DNA of 64,000 nucleotides from Iphione sp. A-MEVVRFRX5 (Eukaryota): NCBI GenBank assembly GCA_976226885.1, contig OZ320314.1, positions 37,014,001 to 37,078,000 of the forward strand, read 5' to 3'. Shown piece by piece: positions 45,801 to 57,443 of this stretch (position 1 is its first letter; each line of letters starts with the position of its first letter). The notes under the pieces were generated by a model. It saw only the letters and a program-made list of their open reading frames with translations, ran no database searches and was not told where the DNA came from. The position numbers and the translations under genes were made by a program.

Positions 45801-48724
45801 CTATAGACATTTCCACAAGGAAAAGGAATAAGAATAGAAGAGAAGGACATAAATTATAAAGTAACATCCCCATGAAGTTCCGTGCAGAAAATGCAGATGA
45901 AGAAAAAACTGAGGGTGGAATATGTACAAAGTTGAGAATGTGGGTTAAGAAGACGACGTTCAGAAAAAAAAACTCATCACAACTTAAGACCAATTATCAT
46001 ATTCAGAGAAACTACCTCTTGATATGATAATAGGAAGAGGGACAAGAGCATCACCGGTGGAACTTAAATGTCCTAAAAGTAGGATAAAGAATGTTTCCCT
46101 TAAGGAAAGAAGAAAAATAACTCGTATACTATTGGGAGGCTATTAACTAATATACTTAACGTGGTCTTCGTACAGCTGAAATAGTTTTACTTCTAAAACT
46201 TGTAAATAAGGGAATTTTAAGAACACCTAGGAACAGAAGAGTAATATTTAATGAATAGAATCTTGGATTTTGCTATGACACAAGTCATACACTGAAGAAT
46301 GAGTGATATAACAATGAGAATATTCTTCTTATTAGTGTTCCATCTTAGCTAGGGCATGCAAACTATCACTGCTATTAACATCTGCTGTGAATCAGTAAAA
46401 CTGCTTTAAGCCTCTATACGTTGATGCACATTCCGGTAATCTGTTAGTGAGTGTACATTCCAGCATACTGGATTTATCATACAACGTTACATACCCTAAA
46501 GATTAGGGACTTTTTTTTACATTTATCCTTCACTTTCAACTTCCCTCCTAATTCTTATTCCGAGTGAAATCATATCTATACTACGACTGCATTCAGGTGG
46601 ATAAAACATCTAATGACGTTTGGCATTTCAAAGCAGTCTGTCATATCCAAGCATGCCTTTAAACATGAGGGGGAACTACTTTGTCGCTTGAAAAGTCACT
46701 GCTATCTCATAATCTACAATACTAGGTCTTTATAGTTGGAAATACTGCTCACAGAATTGTTTCAGAGCGAGTTTTAACAACTTGGACCGAATAATTATGA
46801 GGATGTAAGTGAATATATGTATAGTGTTTTATATGAAATTTTGAAGTTTCACGAAAAAAATTTCATATGAAGAAGCCACACTAATATGTACAGAGTTTCA
46901 GCGCCTGGCGGTCATTCTCGTTAGCAAGAATTACATTGGCGGAATTTAAAAAAATCTATATTAATACAGCAGCACTGCTCTGATGTTTATTATACATTTT
47001 TTACAACGTTAGAATGGAGTACGCGGATGTTTCGCATCGATAACCTGTCAAAAATTCGATTACGTTTGTGCAAAGTGAACCTTACTAGTAGAATGTCATT
47101 CATTCTGGAGTTAGTCAATCACCAGTGCTCGTCAATTAGTGCCGTTAGAAGTACGGTGACCTTGATTGGAAAAGGTCATTTTATAATTTGTTCGTTTTTA
47201 TCAATACTTCTCAGCTGTTAAGTTAACTTTACAATACAGACCTGGATTCGACGAATCTATCCATCGTGTTTGGCCTGTAGTGATACGTGTAATTATAGAT
47301 ATTCAGACCGGTGAGGAAATTAAGGATTGCTTCTGACCAGAAAGTGTCTTAGATCCTGTTTGGAGGAAGATTTCATTAGCACCCTAGCCTTTGTGAATTC
47401 CACCAGGTATGATGAAATCCCCACTTCATAGATTTAGCATGCCATTTTGTACAGTTCACATTACTTCAGTGTCGGTTCGCATAAGGCCTTCCTTGGTAGG
47501 ATCTGACAATGCGATATTGGTATTTCTTGTCTGATGTGGAAATATTCTCATTTCCTGACGTAGTAACCCTATAATTTGATACAGGTGTATGAACATTATA
47601 CGTTATGAAGTTTGAGACGTAGCAACATTATCATTTCTAAAGTCGAATATGTAAATCTACCTTTCATGAAATTTGACATCGCCAAAACATGGATTTTGAC
47701 GTGGTAACATAATCGTTTCTGAAGTAGTAAATGAAATTTAACGTAGCAAAAACATGCTTTTGTGTTGACATGGCCAGTTCGTGACTTTAGCCAAGTGGCT
47801 TGGCACTCCTTAATGTACGCGATTTTATTTCTATGGGGACTTTGGCAAGTTTATTTAATGCAGCACATCTGTCAGGCGCAGAAGAGATATAAAGATTTTT
47901 ATGGTCAGTCAAAAGCTCATTCTCTGGTGGCCTTGGAAGATGAAAAAGAGATCGTAGCTAGAGGAGAGCCTTAGAAACATCAATGTGTAAAAATTTGTGA
48001 AAGGAAGAAGACGTAACTGTTAGATCTATGCAACCTGCTAGAGGGGGAGAGGGCGAACAGTTTACCAAGTCGTTTTCACCCCCCCTAACTAACCTGGATT
48101 AGAAGAATCTGAATCTGAAACTTGATCTGGAACACATATATGTGTCAGGTTGGTATTATCAACTATCCAGTCTAATCGTGCTTGGTATAACTCATGGACG
48201 ATAGTGACACCTCATTACCTACAGGGTCACGCAGCTGAATGTGAAAGGGGCTTGTAAAGTTGAGAAGTACACAAACCATGATAGAGCATCATTTTGAGTA
48301 TACGCGGAGGAAGGTTAAGGAGAGAGAAAGAGTCAATGAAAAAAGTTGTCAACAACATCCAGTGTCCTGTTTATTAAAGAGACAAAAATTGATTAAAAAA
48401 GAACAGTTCTTCTTGAGGATGTCACGCTTACTGTGAGGAAAAAGAGTAAAGCATCATTTTTTGTAAGTTAACAGAAATTACACCATATACCACATGCTAG
48501 TCTTAGTTAAAAGAAAGATAGTGTGGTGATTATGCAGTTTCCCAGATAAATCAGGTCATCCAGTACTCGTTAAGGACATTTGTAGGCAGAAATACAAATT
48601 CATCACACCATATTTCTTTCAACAGCAGATAGTAACTGAAATGATTTGTCTTGTCCGGAACTTAAAAAGGGTTTTAGAAAAGGGAAGAAAGAATACAGAA
48701 TCGCCCATTGTTAGAGGACCTCAC

Positions 48725-48754
48725 CTTCATCTCGCTTATAAGGCAGACTCCCAT
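48725..48754 (-). CDS. Micro-exon 3: DGSLPYKRDE
   Basis: gtttcag|ATGGGAGTCTGCCTTATAAGCGAGATGAAG|gtgagg; 30 nt, phase 1-1. Confidence 0.85.
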
Positions 48755-49327
48755 CTGAAACATCAGTCAACCCTCAATTGAATGACGGAACCATAGCATC
48801 AACGAAATGGAAAACTCCATTACCGTGAATTATTAAGTGTTATAGTATGAATCAAATACTAATGTATTGTTTCCTCTGTTACGACATGGTAAAGATAATC
48901 TGAACATGGTTTAGTAATTTCATATCAAACTTTGGTGCCTCAGACTAACTCACTGGCGCAATGCAAAATCTACCTCGCTTTCCCATGCGTGACCAATTGT
49001 GCAGCGCCAGCAGGTATATCGCAAGTGTTAAATTAGTCTTCAAAATAAGTCCTAATCCCGTCTTAAGTAATAAGGAATTAGCACCGAGACAACTGCCGTA
49101 ATTCATACATGCTAAGATCTTCCATCCAACCTTACACCCCACATTTACAAGGTGATTTGAATAAAGGATTGACATAGTGATTGCCAATGACGAAGAAGTT
49201 GGCTTATCCGAAGACATAAGGAAATACACACACAGAATAAAAAAATATAAATGAGCAAAATGACGAAACTTGAGGTAGAGAACATGGATTAAACTGTGGG
49301 AGTACCTTATTCACCTACAACCCTTAC

Positions 49328-49357
49328 CTTCGTTTCTTTTATATGGAAGGGAACCGT
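49328..49357 (-). CDS. Micro-exon 2: DGSLPYKRNE
   Basis: gattgcag|ACGGTTCCCTTCCATATAAAAGAAACGAAG|gtaagg; 30 nt, phase 1-1. Confidence 0.85.
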
Positions 49358-50064
49358 CTGCAATCAGGTTGCAAAAGGGCATACAAGACTTATGAGTACT
49401 TCAAACTTTACGACGTTAAAGGTACAAGGACATATTTGACCTAATTATGATAGTTCTCTCACTAAGTTCTCTTTGCGAGAGTATAAATCTGTTTTCCTTT
49501 ATAGGCAGAAACATGGCATATTTCACTTTACTGGTCTTAGAAAATACTTGAAAGGAGGTCTCTATCTGACACAATCAGTGAAACTCTCTTGGTTGGAAAC
49601 CTAAGGATGGAGTTAAAGTATAAACAAAAGAGTGCATTAATTAGTTCAAAGATCTATGTGTTCAAGGGTATTACATAGACTGCAAAAAAGAACGAGTGCC
49701 AGATGCTCGCATTGCGTGTCAACGAATGTCAGGATCAGAGGTAATACGCCTGTAAAATACTGAAACGGTTTATTATTAGCGTCCACCACATGCGTCAAGG
49801 AACATTGACGTTTTGAGAGAAATGGCGAATACTGTTTTTGGATGTGTTAATCATCTACTGTCTTTTAATTGCAGACAGTCATCTTTTACAGCTATAACAT
49901 GCTTAACATTATCCATTTGAGATGACTAATGACTAGTACGTGACTAGAGTTCGACATTAACTACATGGACTTTAAACATCAATTATCAATATTTTTACAT
50001 ATTTGTGATTATTAAAGTCACGAAATCATTACGAGACGTATATGATATACACATAGCTTCTCAC

Positions 50065-50094
50065 CTTCGTTTCTTTTGTATGATACGTGGTTAT
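50065..50094 (-). CDS. Micro-exon 1 (most 5' found): DNHVSYKRNE
   Basis: ttctttacag|ATAACCACGTATCATACAAAAGAAACGAAG|gtgaga; 30 nt, phase 1-1. Confidence 0.85.
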
Positions 50095-53000
50095 CTGTAA
50101 AGAAAACGTGAATATGCATACATGTATATAATACATAAATAACAGTACATTTATACATGCAGAGATGTTATGAAGTTTCTTTTATTAGGAGAGAACTATC
50201 CGGTAAACTTGGACAATTTCAAGAAATTACTTCAACTGGTGTTCATAATAATATTTTTATCTGCATTCGACAATAAATTATTCAAACCACGGTCAAATAT
50301 ACGACATGATATAGAATGCGGGGATGATTACGTCGCAAAATCGTAGACCAAACTGAATTGTTGAGGCATATGTATAATGCTCCATGATTTCCACTTGTTA
50401 GGCTACAGACTAATTTGACATTCTTCCTTCTTGCTATTAGACGGGAGGAAGAGGAACATTGTGTCAACTTTTCTTCACTTAAAGATTAACTCAAACAGTT
50501 CTGTAGAGTAAAAAGGAAAAGGCATGCATTCAAAGAGGTAACACAAGTATCCGGCGGAGGGCCGATGGAAGTTTTATACGTTATTTGACTCGCTGAGGGA
50601 ATACATAGGATAATAGATAGAACTTAGTAATGAGAATAAGGAGAACCATAAATCAAGCTTCAAAGGGGCGTATGGAGAGAAAGGGTGGTTATGATGATGA
50701 TAAAAGGTGGGATCTATGAACAAGATGTGTTCCTAAGCGATTTGCAACATCTACTATCATCATTATGATATGCACCACCCACTTGCAAGATATTGGACTA
50801 GTACCTTAAACAAGGAAGGTCACTAATAAAGGTGGCACATATTTTTTATATAAATATATGACATCAAAATGGAAGGAAACCAGTAATGTAGTCCACTAAA
50901 GGAATCGAGAAGCAGTAAGGCCGCACGAGACATGCTGAGAAAATTAAAGATTGCTGGAAGACCCCATTGACCAGGGAAAACTATGTATCAGGACAATGCC
51001 AGGACTAGCTTGTCAGATCGGCATTAAAGTCGTCGAAAAGCCTCACATGAGAGTACCGTTATAGAGTAGGTGTCGAGAGTTCGAGGGTGAGTCTCATCAG
51101 CATGAGTGGCACAATGCAGTGCACCGAATCACAAGGAACGGCGGATAGCAGAGCATCACTTCCTGACAGACAATCATGTTTAGTATGTATGATATATATA
51201 TTTATATATAAATATTGATAGATATATATAAGATAGATAGATAGATATATAAGTTTTGATAGAGGAATAATGAATGAATGACAAGCTACGTGAAGAATAC
51301 TGTGGGACAAATGTGAGACCGCCCCATGACGACTTCGAACCGACAATTGCTCAGTTAAAGACTAGATCATTCAGGCGGCGACACCGGGGAGGATACAGAA
51401 TTATTAAAGTATTATTTCTATATAAGAATAGACCGCAGCAAAAATCAGGTTGCAACAGAGAGCAGTTTTCCCAGTCACAAAGGCGGTCTCCTAAGCGAGA
51501 ATTAACTTAAGAATTAATCAGTGTCAAGCTAGGTTAACTTCTCTGATCACTTCTTTATGAACACACCCAAATGATACAGGTAGACCTACATTAAATTCCT
51601 TTTATGTTGAAAATATTTCTTTGTTATGTATCGTCTTGGGCAACTTTCAGGAAACTGTTCTTTAAAAGTTTACTGAAAAAAGGTTGACTGATTCATGAAT
51701 GTTTTTTATGTAGATAAATTACCCATTACCACATATGCATTCCAAATCGATGAAAATTCCTCCTGGAATGATATGCTAAGTACTGGGAACGACGTTTCCC
51801 ACAAAGACATACGCTAGGAACACATCTACTTCGTTAACAGTGTTACACCTGTAGTTTGATAGTGGAAAAACACCCAAACGTTTAATCAATCGTCCCATAT
51901 GAGAAGAAATAACAAGTAGTGTTCCTTAAAAGGCTAGTCGGAAGATTTCGTCCCCCTTTTATTTCCCAACTCTCCTCTCTATAACTGAAGAGCTCTACTT
52001 CAGGAGGATAGATGTATTTGTCTGCCGGTTCCATTTGAAGATATTACAGTAGGAAACAATGTTATAACCTATAATTCTGAATAATGTCTATTGGTTTAGA
52101 AAGCGTATACGTTGTTTAATGAAAGACATACTACCTATTAGATAAAACAGTTCAGAGTTTACATGGATACTGTCCATCTTAAGGGAGAGTTATTGTTGGA
52201 CAGCAAGGTACCATGCCACCAAACTTTCTATCAAGGCAAGAGGTATGATACATAAAAGAGAAACCTTTGTTTAGTTTGGGAAAATCTGGAGCTTATCTCT
52301 CAATAATACTAAAGATTCACACAGGGCCTACGGCGTATTTTGAGGTGTGCACAGACCAAATTCCTAAGTTCTAATTTTCTCAGGTTTTGGATGCAACAGA
52401 TGAACAAAAATAGTTGGGGAGAGCAATCCCAAATCTACGTTTCACCAAAGTAATGCATAAAAACCATAATATCTGAAAGTAAGTTCTGTACTTGGATATT
52501 TTTACGAAACTCTGTAAAGGGGAAAAAGTTTAAGCTTGACTTCTCCATGAGCAGAGCAACAATATGTTTTTCTTCGTGAATGTCTTTAATTGAATTGCGA
52601 TGCTCTGCGTCATCGAAGATGAAACCTGTATACATAATATCTTCATATCCTTTGTCATCCTTCCATACAGAGGCTTCAGTTAGATGGTCGCTTTCACCTA
52701 CCAATAATTATAGTGCGTTTTGTAACCGAAAACAGCTGCCATGCATACTTAATTTAGCAGGGAAGTATAAGAAGCAAATAATGTTAGTGCCCAGCACGTC
52801 TTCCCATCAAAACAAGCGGCAGATCGGCGACCTTATAACGCAGGGTCTTGGTCGGTTGAGTGCGACCTGGGCGATGTAAAGGCTGGAATGCAACCCTAGC
52901 ACTAGATTGGTGAGGTACAGTGTAACCAACACCTTGCACCGAGTAACTAAACAGATTTTTCTTGAGCAAAACATGCAAACCTTTTTTCCGTTGTGTGCGG

Positions 53001-54311
53001 TCTTAGCTTCGTTTTATTTTCTGTAAACGGAGCTCACTTGATTATCTTTAACGTAGCTACAGCCTTGTGACCACCCTGCTTTTCGCTTCATAATCTTAAG
53101 CCGTTTACAAATTGAAATACAAGTGCACAGTTTTCTTGTTAAATGGCAAAGTAATATTTACGACTGGAATTTTGGCTTCAATACAATTTAGTAGGCTGCT
53201 AGTCAGATAGGTCATAGATTGATGCACGCTAGGGAAATAGAGACAGTGAAAGTCTATGCCTTAAAGCTATGCATGTAAGTTGGCTTTTATATACTGCATA
53301 AGGATGTGTAAATTTGTCTCAGATCTGGGGACAACTAATCTTAGAATGAGCTATGTTAGGACAGTTGGCGAAACCCTTATAAAGTATACATGCATGAGAA
53401 AATATTTGCTCCTGGCTCCCGGGACAACTGCCCTAAGCATGATCTACGTTAGGGAAACATGGACAGTTTATGCCTTAAATCTATATATGTAAGGCGGCCC
53501 TTATATAGTGCACATGCATGTGTAAATTTTTGACCTCGGTTCTGGGGGCAACTGACCTTCTCTCCCTCGAATAAGCTCGTCGAGGACTATGTCCAGCTCC
53601 CGGAGAGTATGTCGTAAATGTTCTCGATCTGAAAGCACAACCAATCCATAGTGCTGTTACATTTCCACTTTCAGCCTGAACTAGTGATCACATTTCCACT
53701 TTTATGTGTTAGTACTACTACGAATACGGCTACAAGAATGTATATATAGAAAAGACCTCTGGAGTCAACATTCTGAGTTGAGTCCAGAGTATCGTTTTAC
53801 CCAACCCAGTTTTTACTAGAGCTGTAGATCGCCATTCACGATACCTCAAAACATTATATAATAGAGCTCGAATTCCGTGCATATAACCACAAAAATAAGT
53901 ATATTCTATAGTGCATGATTGGAAAACTGCCTGTACATGAAAGTACTAAATCGTATATGTATCGATGGCTTCTCTCCCTTTGAGTAGTGAGGAATATACT
54001 TCATGACAATTTTTATTGTAATCCGCCTTCCTAGATTTAGAAAGTTTGGTCCAAACCACACACAAAGACATGAATCCTATCTTCTTGTATATTTAACCCT
54101 TTAATGCAGCCACCTGCCGGGGTTTCCTCTAATAGAGTGCAGTCGAAATCGAAAATCTGCATGCTAAGTAAAGAATGAATATTCTATGATAATATTTATC
54201 TTATAGCTCGTAGTCTTTGGTAGCTCTATTTCAAGGACAGAACTTTGGAAACAACTGTTTCTATTCTTATCAGTGATGAAAATTATGAGCCCGTATCAGT
54301 CCAGTGGGGAA

Positions 54312-54361
54312 CCAATATGGACGCCTGAAACATCCGGAAGTCCGTCCACCTAACCGGAAGT
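54312..54361. promoter_or_regulatory. Promoter-like cluster: CCAAT plus two CCGGAAGT (ETS/GABP-type) motifs
   Basis: CCAAT 54312-54316; CCGGAAGT at 54334 and 54354. Confidence 0.4.
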
Positions 54362-56541
54362 AAGGGGATATTGCCACGAATAAAAGGAAGCCTTTCCAAT
54401 CTGTAGAGAAGTTAATGGGGGGGGGGGGCGCAAACTCACATAATAACCGTCAATTAAAGGGGATAGTTGTAAACTGTATAGCTATGTATTGAGTGGTGGG
54501 GGTCAGAAATGCCGAGGAGAATTCAGAGTAGACAGTCTTTCTACGAGGGACTCCAGATAATGCTGTAGTAACATAAGAATGAAAGTACAATAGAAGAAGT
54601 ATCAGCAGCAGCAAAATTTCAATCCCATGATTTAGTGACAACTGGAGAGGAAATTTGCTTTTAAACCGTACATATATTACAATGTACATGTATTTACAGC
54701 AGTAGTTTTGTGTGTGATCGTTCAGCGGGGAACAAGCTCTGAACAGAACATTCTCCCTATTCATTATGTCGTTCGACGAAGTTTTACTTCATGTACAACT
54801 AAGAGTAAAAAATCACCGATGCTCACAAGTTTACTTCAAAATCAGCGGGGAAAGACTGAAATGAAGTGCCGTTTGATTAAACAGAGAAATAAAAGTAACA
54901 CAACTATTTTCTCAATGACTTAGTGTTTTTATTCCTTGACTGCCAGTTAATTGAGTTTCCAGCCCTATGAAATGTCTGTTGAAAGATCCCACTGAATAAA
55001 TAACGCTTTGCTATCATGTTATCAATAACGATGTCTCCCAAAATAGAAGCAGCGGTAAGGAAAGAATGACAATACCAATTACATATATTATATATATACC
55101 CCTGTGGTAATCTTGAAGCTAGTGGGTCGTTGGAACGATTCACCCCACCAAAAATAAATCCCACTTGACGGCTGCTCTCCTGCATGAGGGTATGATTGGA
55201 ATTGCAAATAGCTGCATTAATCTCTGGCGGCGTGGTGTAGTCAAGGTGTAAGTAGTGCTGGATAGCGTAGGGGGGAGAGCAGTGAAGGCTGCTAACGAGG
55301 CCAACGATGAGTCCAGTGGAATTCCCAGTCCCTGCTGCGATTCTTTGGAAGGGGTAGGAGGGAGGGATGGGGGAGACAATGCGATTTTTTGTGGGCGGCA
55401 TCGGTGTTGATATTAGGGCGTGTGGGAGTGGATGTGTATATGTGCGTGCGTTTCCACGAAGTGCCGTGTGGGTGGGGGACAGGGGTGATGCGGACGTTGC
55501 GCTTTGTCATTGCGTCAGGCGAGGCATGTGGCAGCAACAGAGTGGATATTTTGGAAAAAACGGAATGCATGCTGTATGTGTGCGTTTGTGAGTATGTAGG
55601 CCTATAGGTGTGTATGGTTGTGACAAGGAGATTTCCTGAAATGTCCTGGAAAGACGAACCGTCCTGTGTTTAGAAGAGAGAGTCGAGACGGTATGGGATA
55701 AGTTACCTCCACTAACCCATTAACTCTTTTAAGGTGATGCACCAATTTAAATGTACATGATACATATACAGTTGAAACCCGTGTAATGCTAGGTTTCTGT
55801 CAATGCGGTTTTGGTGTGTGCGAGCAGAGTGCATCTGTTTATCCCCCTTCTACACAGCCTTCTGCAGAGAGTGTTTCTAGGACTGAGTTGATATTGTGCA
55901 TTTTATTAATGTAAATTTCTTGAAATTGAGCCTTATCTAAAATTGTGCAGCTTTTCCATAAATTTTGTGAAACTGATCTCTAACTGTTAAAATTGTGTGG
56001 ATTGTATCCTTATTATAGGTAAAATTGTTTTTTTAACATCAATTTATGATATTTAGACTGGTCGTAGGTCATACTTCTATGCCTTACTAGCAATATACAT
56101 GCATCGTTTCTATGGAGCAATGCACTCCTCATGCATTCAGCACTAATACACACACTCCCTATAGGAGACCAAGGTGGGGGCTGAATGATTTCGGTGTCTC
56201 ACACTTATTGATCATATTTCATAATATCTGTATAGTTTCATAGGATCTTGGACCTTCCCTCGGATTGTTCTCTTCTGTGATTCGATCTTTAACTGAGTCT
56301 GCTACTGTACAGTCAGCCCTCATCAACCGGTCCCCATTAACCAGAAAGCCACATCTAAGAGACTGATTTTAGAAAAATACCCTTATATATTGATAATAGT
56401 TGAATATCCTGAACAAACAGATTAAATCTCTGCAACCAGAGAAAACACTGACTCTACACCGTGTTCATATCATTTTTTTCCATTTGCAGTTTTATCGTTT
56501 TTATTACAGTTAGCTATTACCAAACTTAAACAATATATCTC

Positions 56542-56747
56542 AGGGCACTTGAAGTTTAGGGGCCCCCTCTTTTAGTCTTGATGTGGGGGGAGACCCCCCA
56601 CACCCCCCCTCTGTACATTAGGATCTTACCTTAATGTGGGGGGAGACCCCCCACACCCCCCTTGTACACTAGGAACTTAACTTATTGTGCACATATGAAT
56701 GCTTTTAGGCGAAAATCAAAGGGGGCCCCTAAACTTCAACCTACCCT
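56542..56747. mobile_element. 206-bp MITE with 7-bp target site duplication
   Basis: TIR core TTGAAGTTTAGGGGCCCCCT at both ends, AGGG...CCCT termini, flanked by ATATCTC (56535-56541 and 56748-56754). Confidence 0.85.
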
Positions 56748-57321
56748 ATATCTCTATAAGGCAAATCTATGTGTTGGAGATAGATGAACAGCAGAAAGAT
56801 CTAATGAATACGTTCCTTGTTAATTATCTACTCAAACGAAACCAATCATTTATATGCTATATATAGTACTACCTCACTATTTTAATACTGCTTGGTTCCA
56901 ATTGAATATCCCTGCAATAGCGAGGGTGAATATCTCTGGTCAAAGAAGACACAATTATGATACAATGTACGATTGGGGAGAGGCGTGGAAACAGAGAGAG
57001 GGCATCAGAGAGGGGTGTTGCAAGGCGAGGGAGCCCTATGTCACCCTGATCTTGTGCCTGGAATACTGAGGGAGTGACCTACATAGGAATATAGAGGAAT
57101 CTAATCTGTTCTAAGCAATTGTGTGTGGAATAGCGAGTGTACTGCAATAGTGAGGTTTTTAGTATAAAGATGCTTAGAGATGTCCAGTCAGAGGGATGGG
57201 AAGACCTTCTAATGGGCCTTGGAAAGGAACACAGGATGATTTGTGTGCGTGTGTGTATGTGTAAGTGCATGTGTGAGGATGTATATAAACCCCCTCCCCT
57301 TTCCAGAAATGGGCGAATGAA

Positions 57322-57443
57322 CAGACTGAGTTGGTAAATTCACAGGCTGAGTTGGAAGATTCACAGTCTGAGTTGGCCGACTGAGTTCCACGCACTCTTC
57401 CCTGGATTCTCCGCCCTGTGACGTCCCGGCAGAGCGCTATAAA
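57322..57443 (+). promoter_or_regulatory. Candidate Pol II promoter: 21-bp repeats, CRE-like site, TATA box
   Basis: CTGAGTT core x4 (57322-57387), TGACGTC 57419-57425, TATAAA 57438-57443. Confidence 0.45.

Noticed and set aside
47465-47502. Extra micro-exon DPTKEGLMRTDTE
   Set aside because: 38 nt, not frame-symmetric as assembled and lacks the motif; it would fit only if one G is missing at the donor.
48945-49229. ORF containing NWSRMGKR as an amidated neuropeptide
   Set aside because: Single occurrence, poor acceptor, and phase incompatible with the phase-1 exon chain.
52435-52704. 89-aa minus-strand ORF as a gene
   Set aside because: Protein-like but no recognisable motif and no linked exons; left unassigned.
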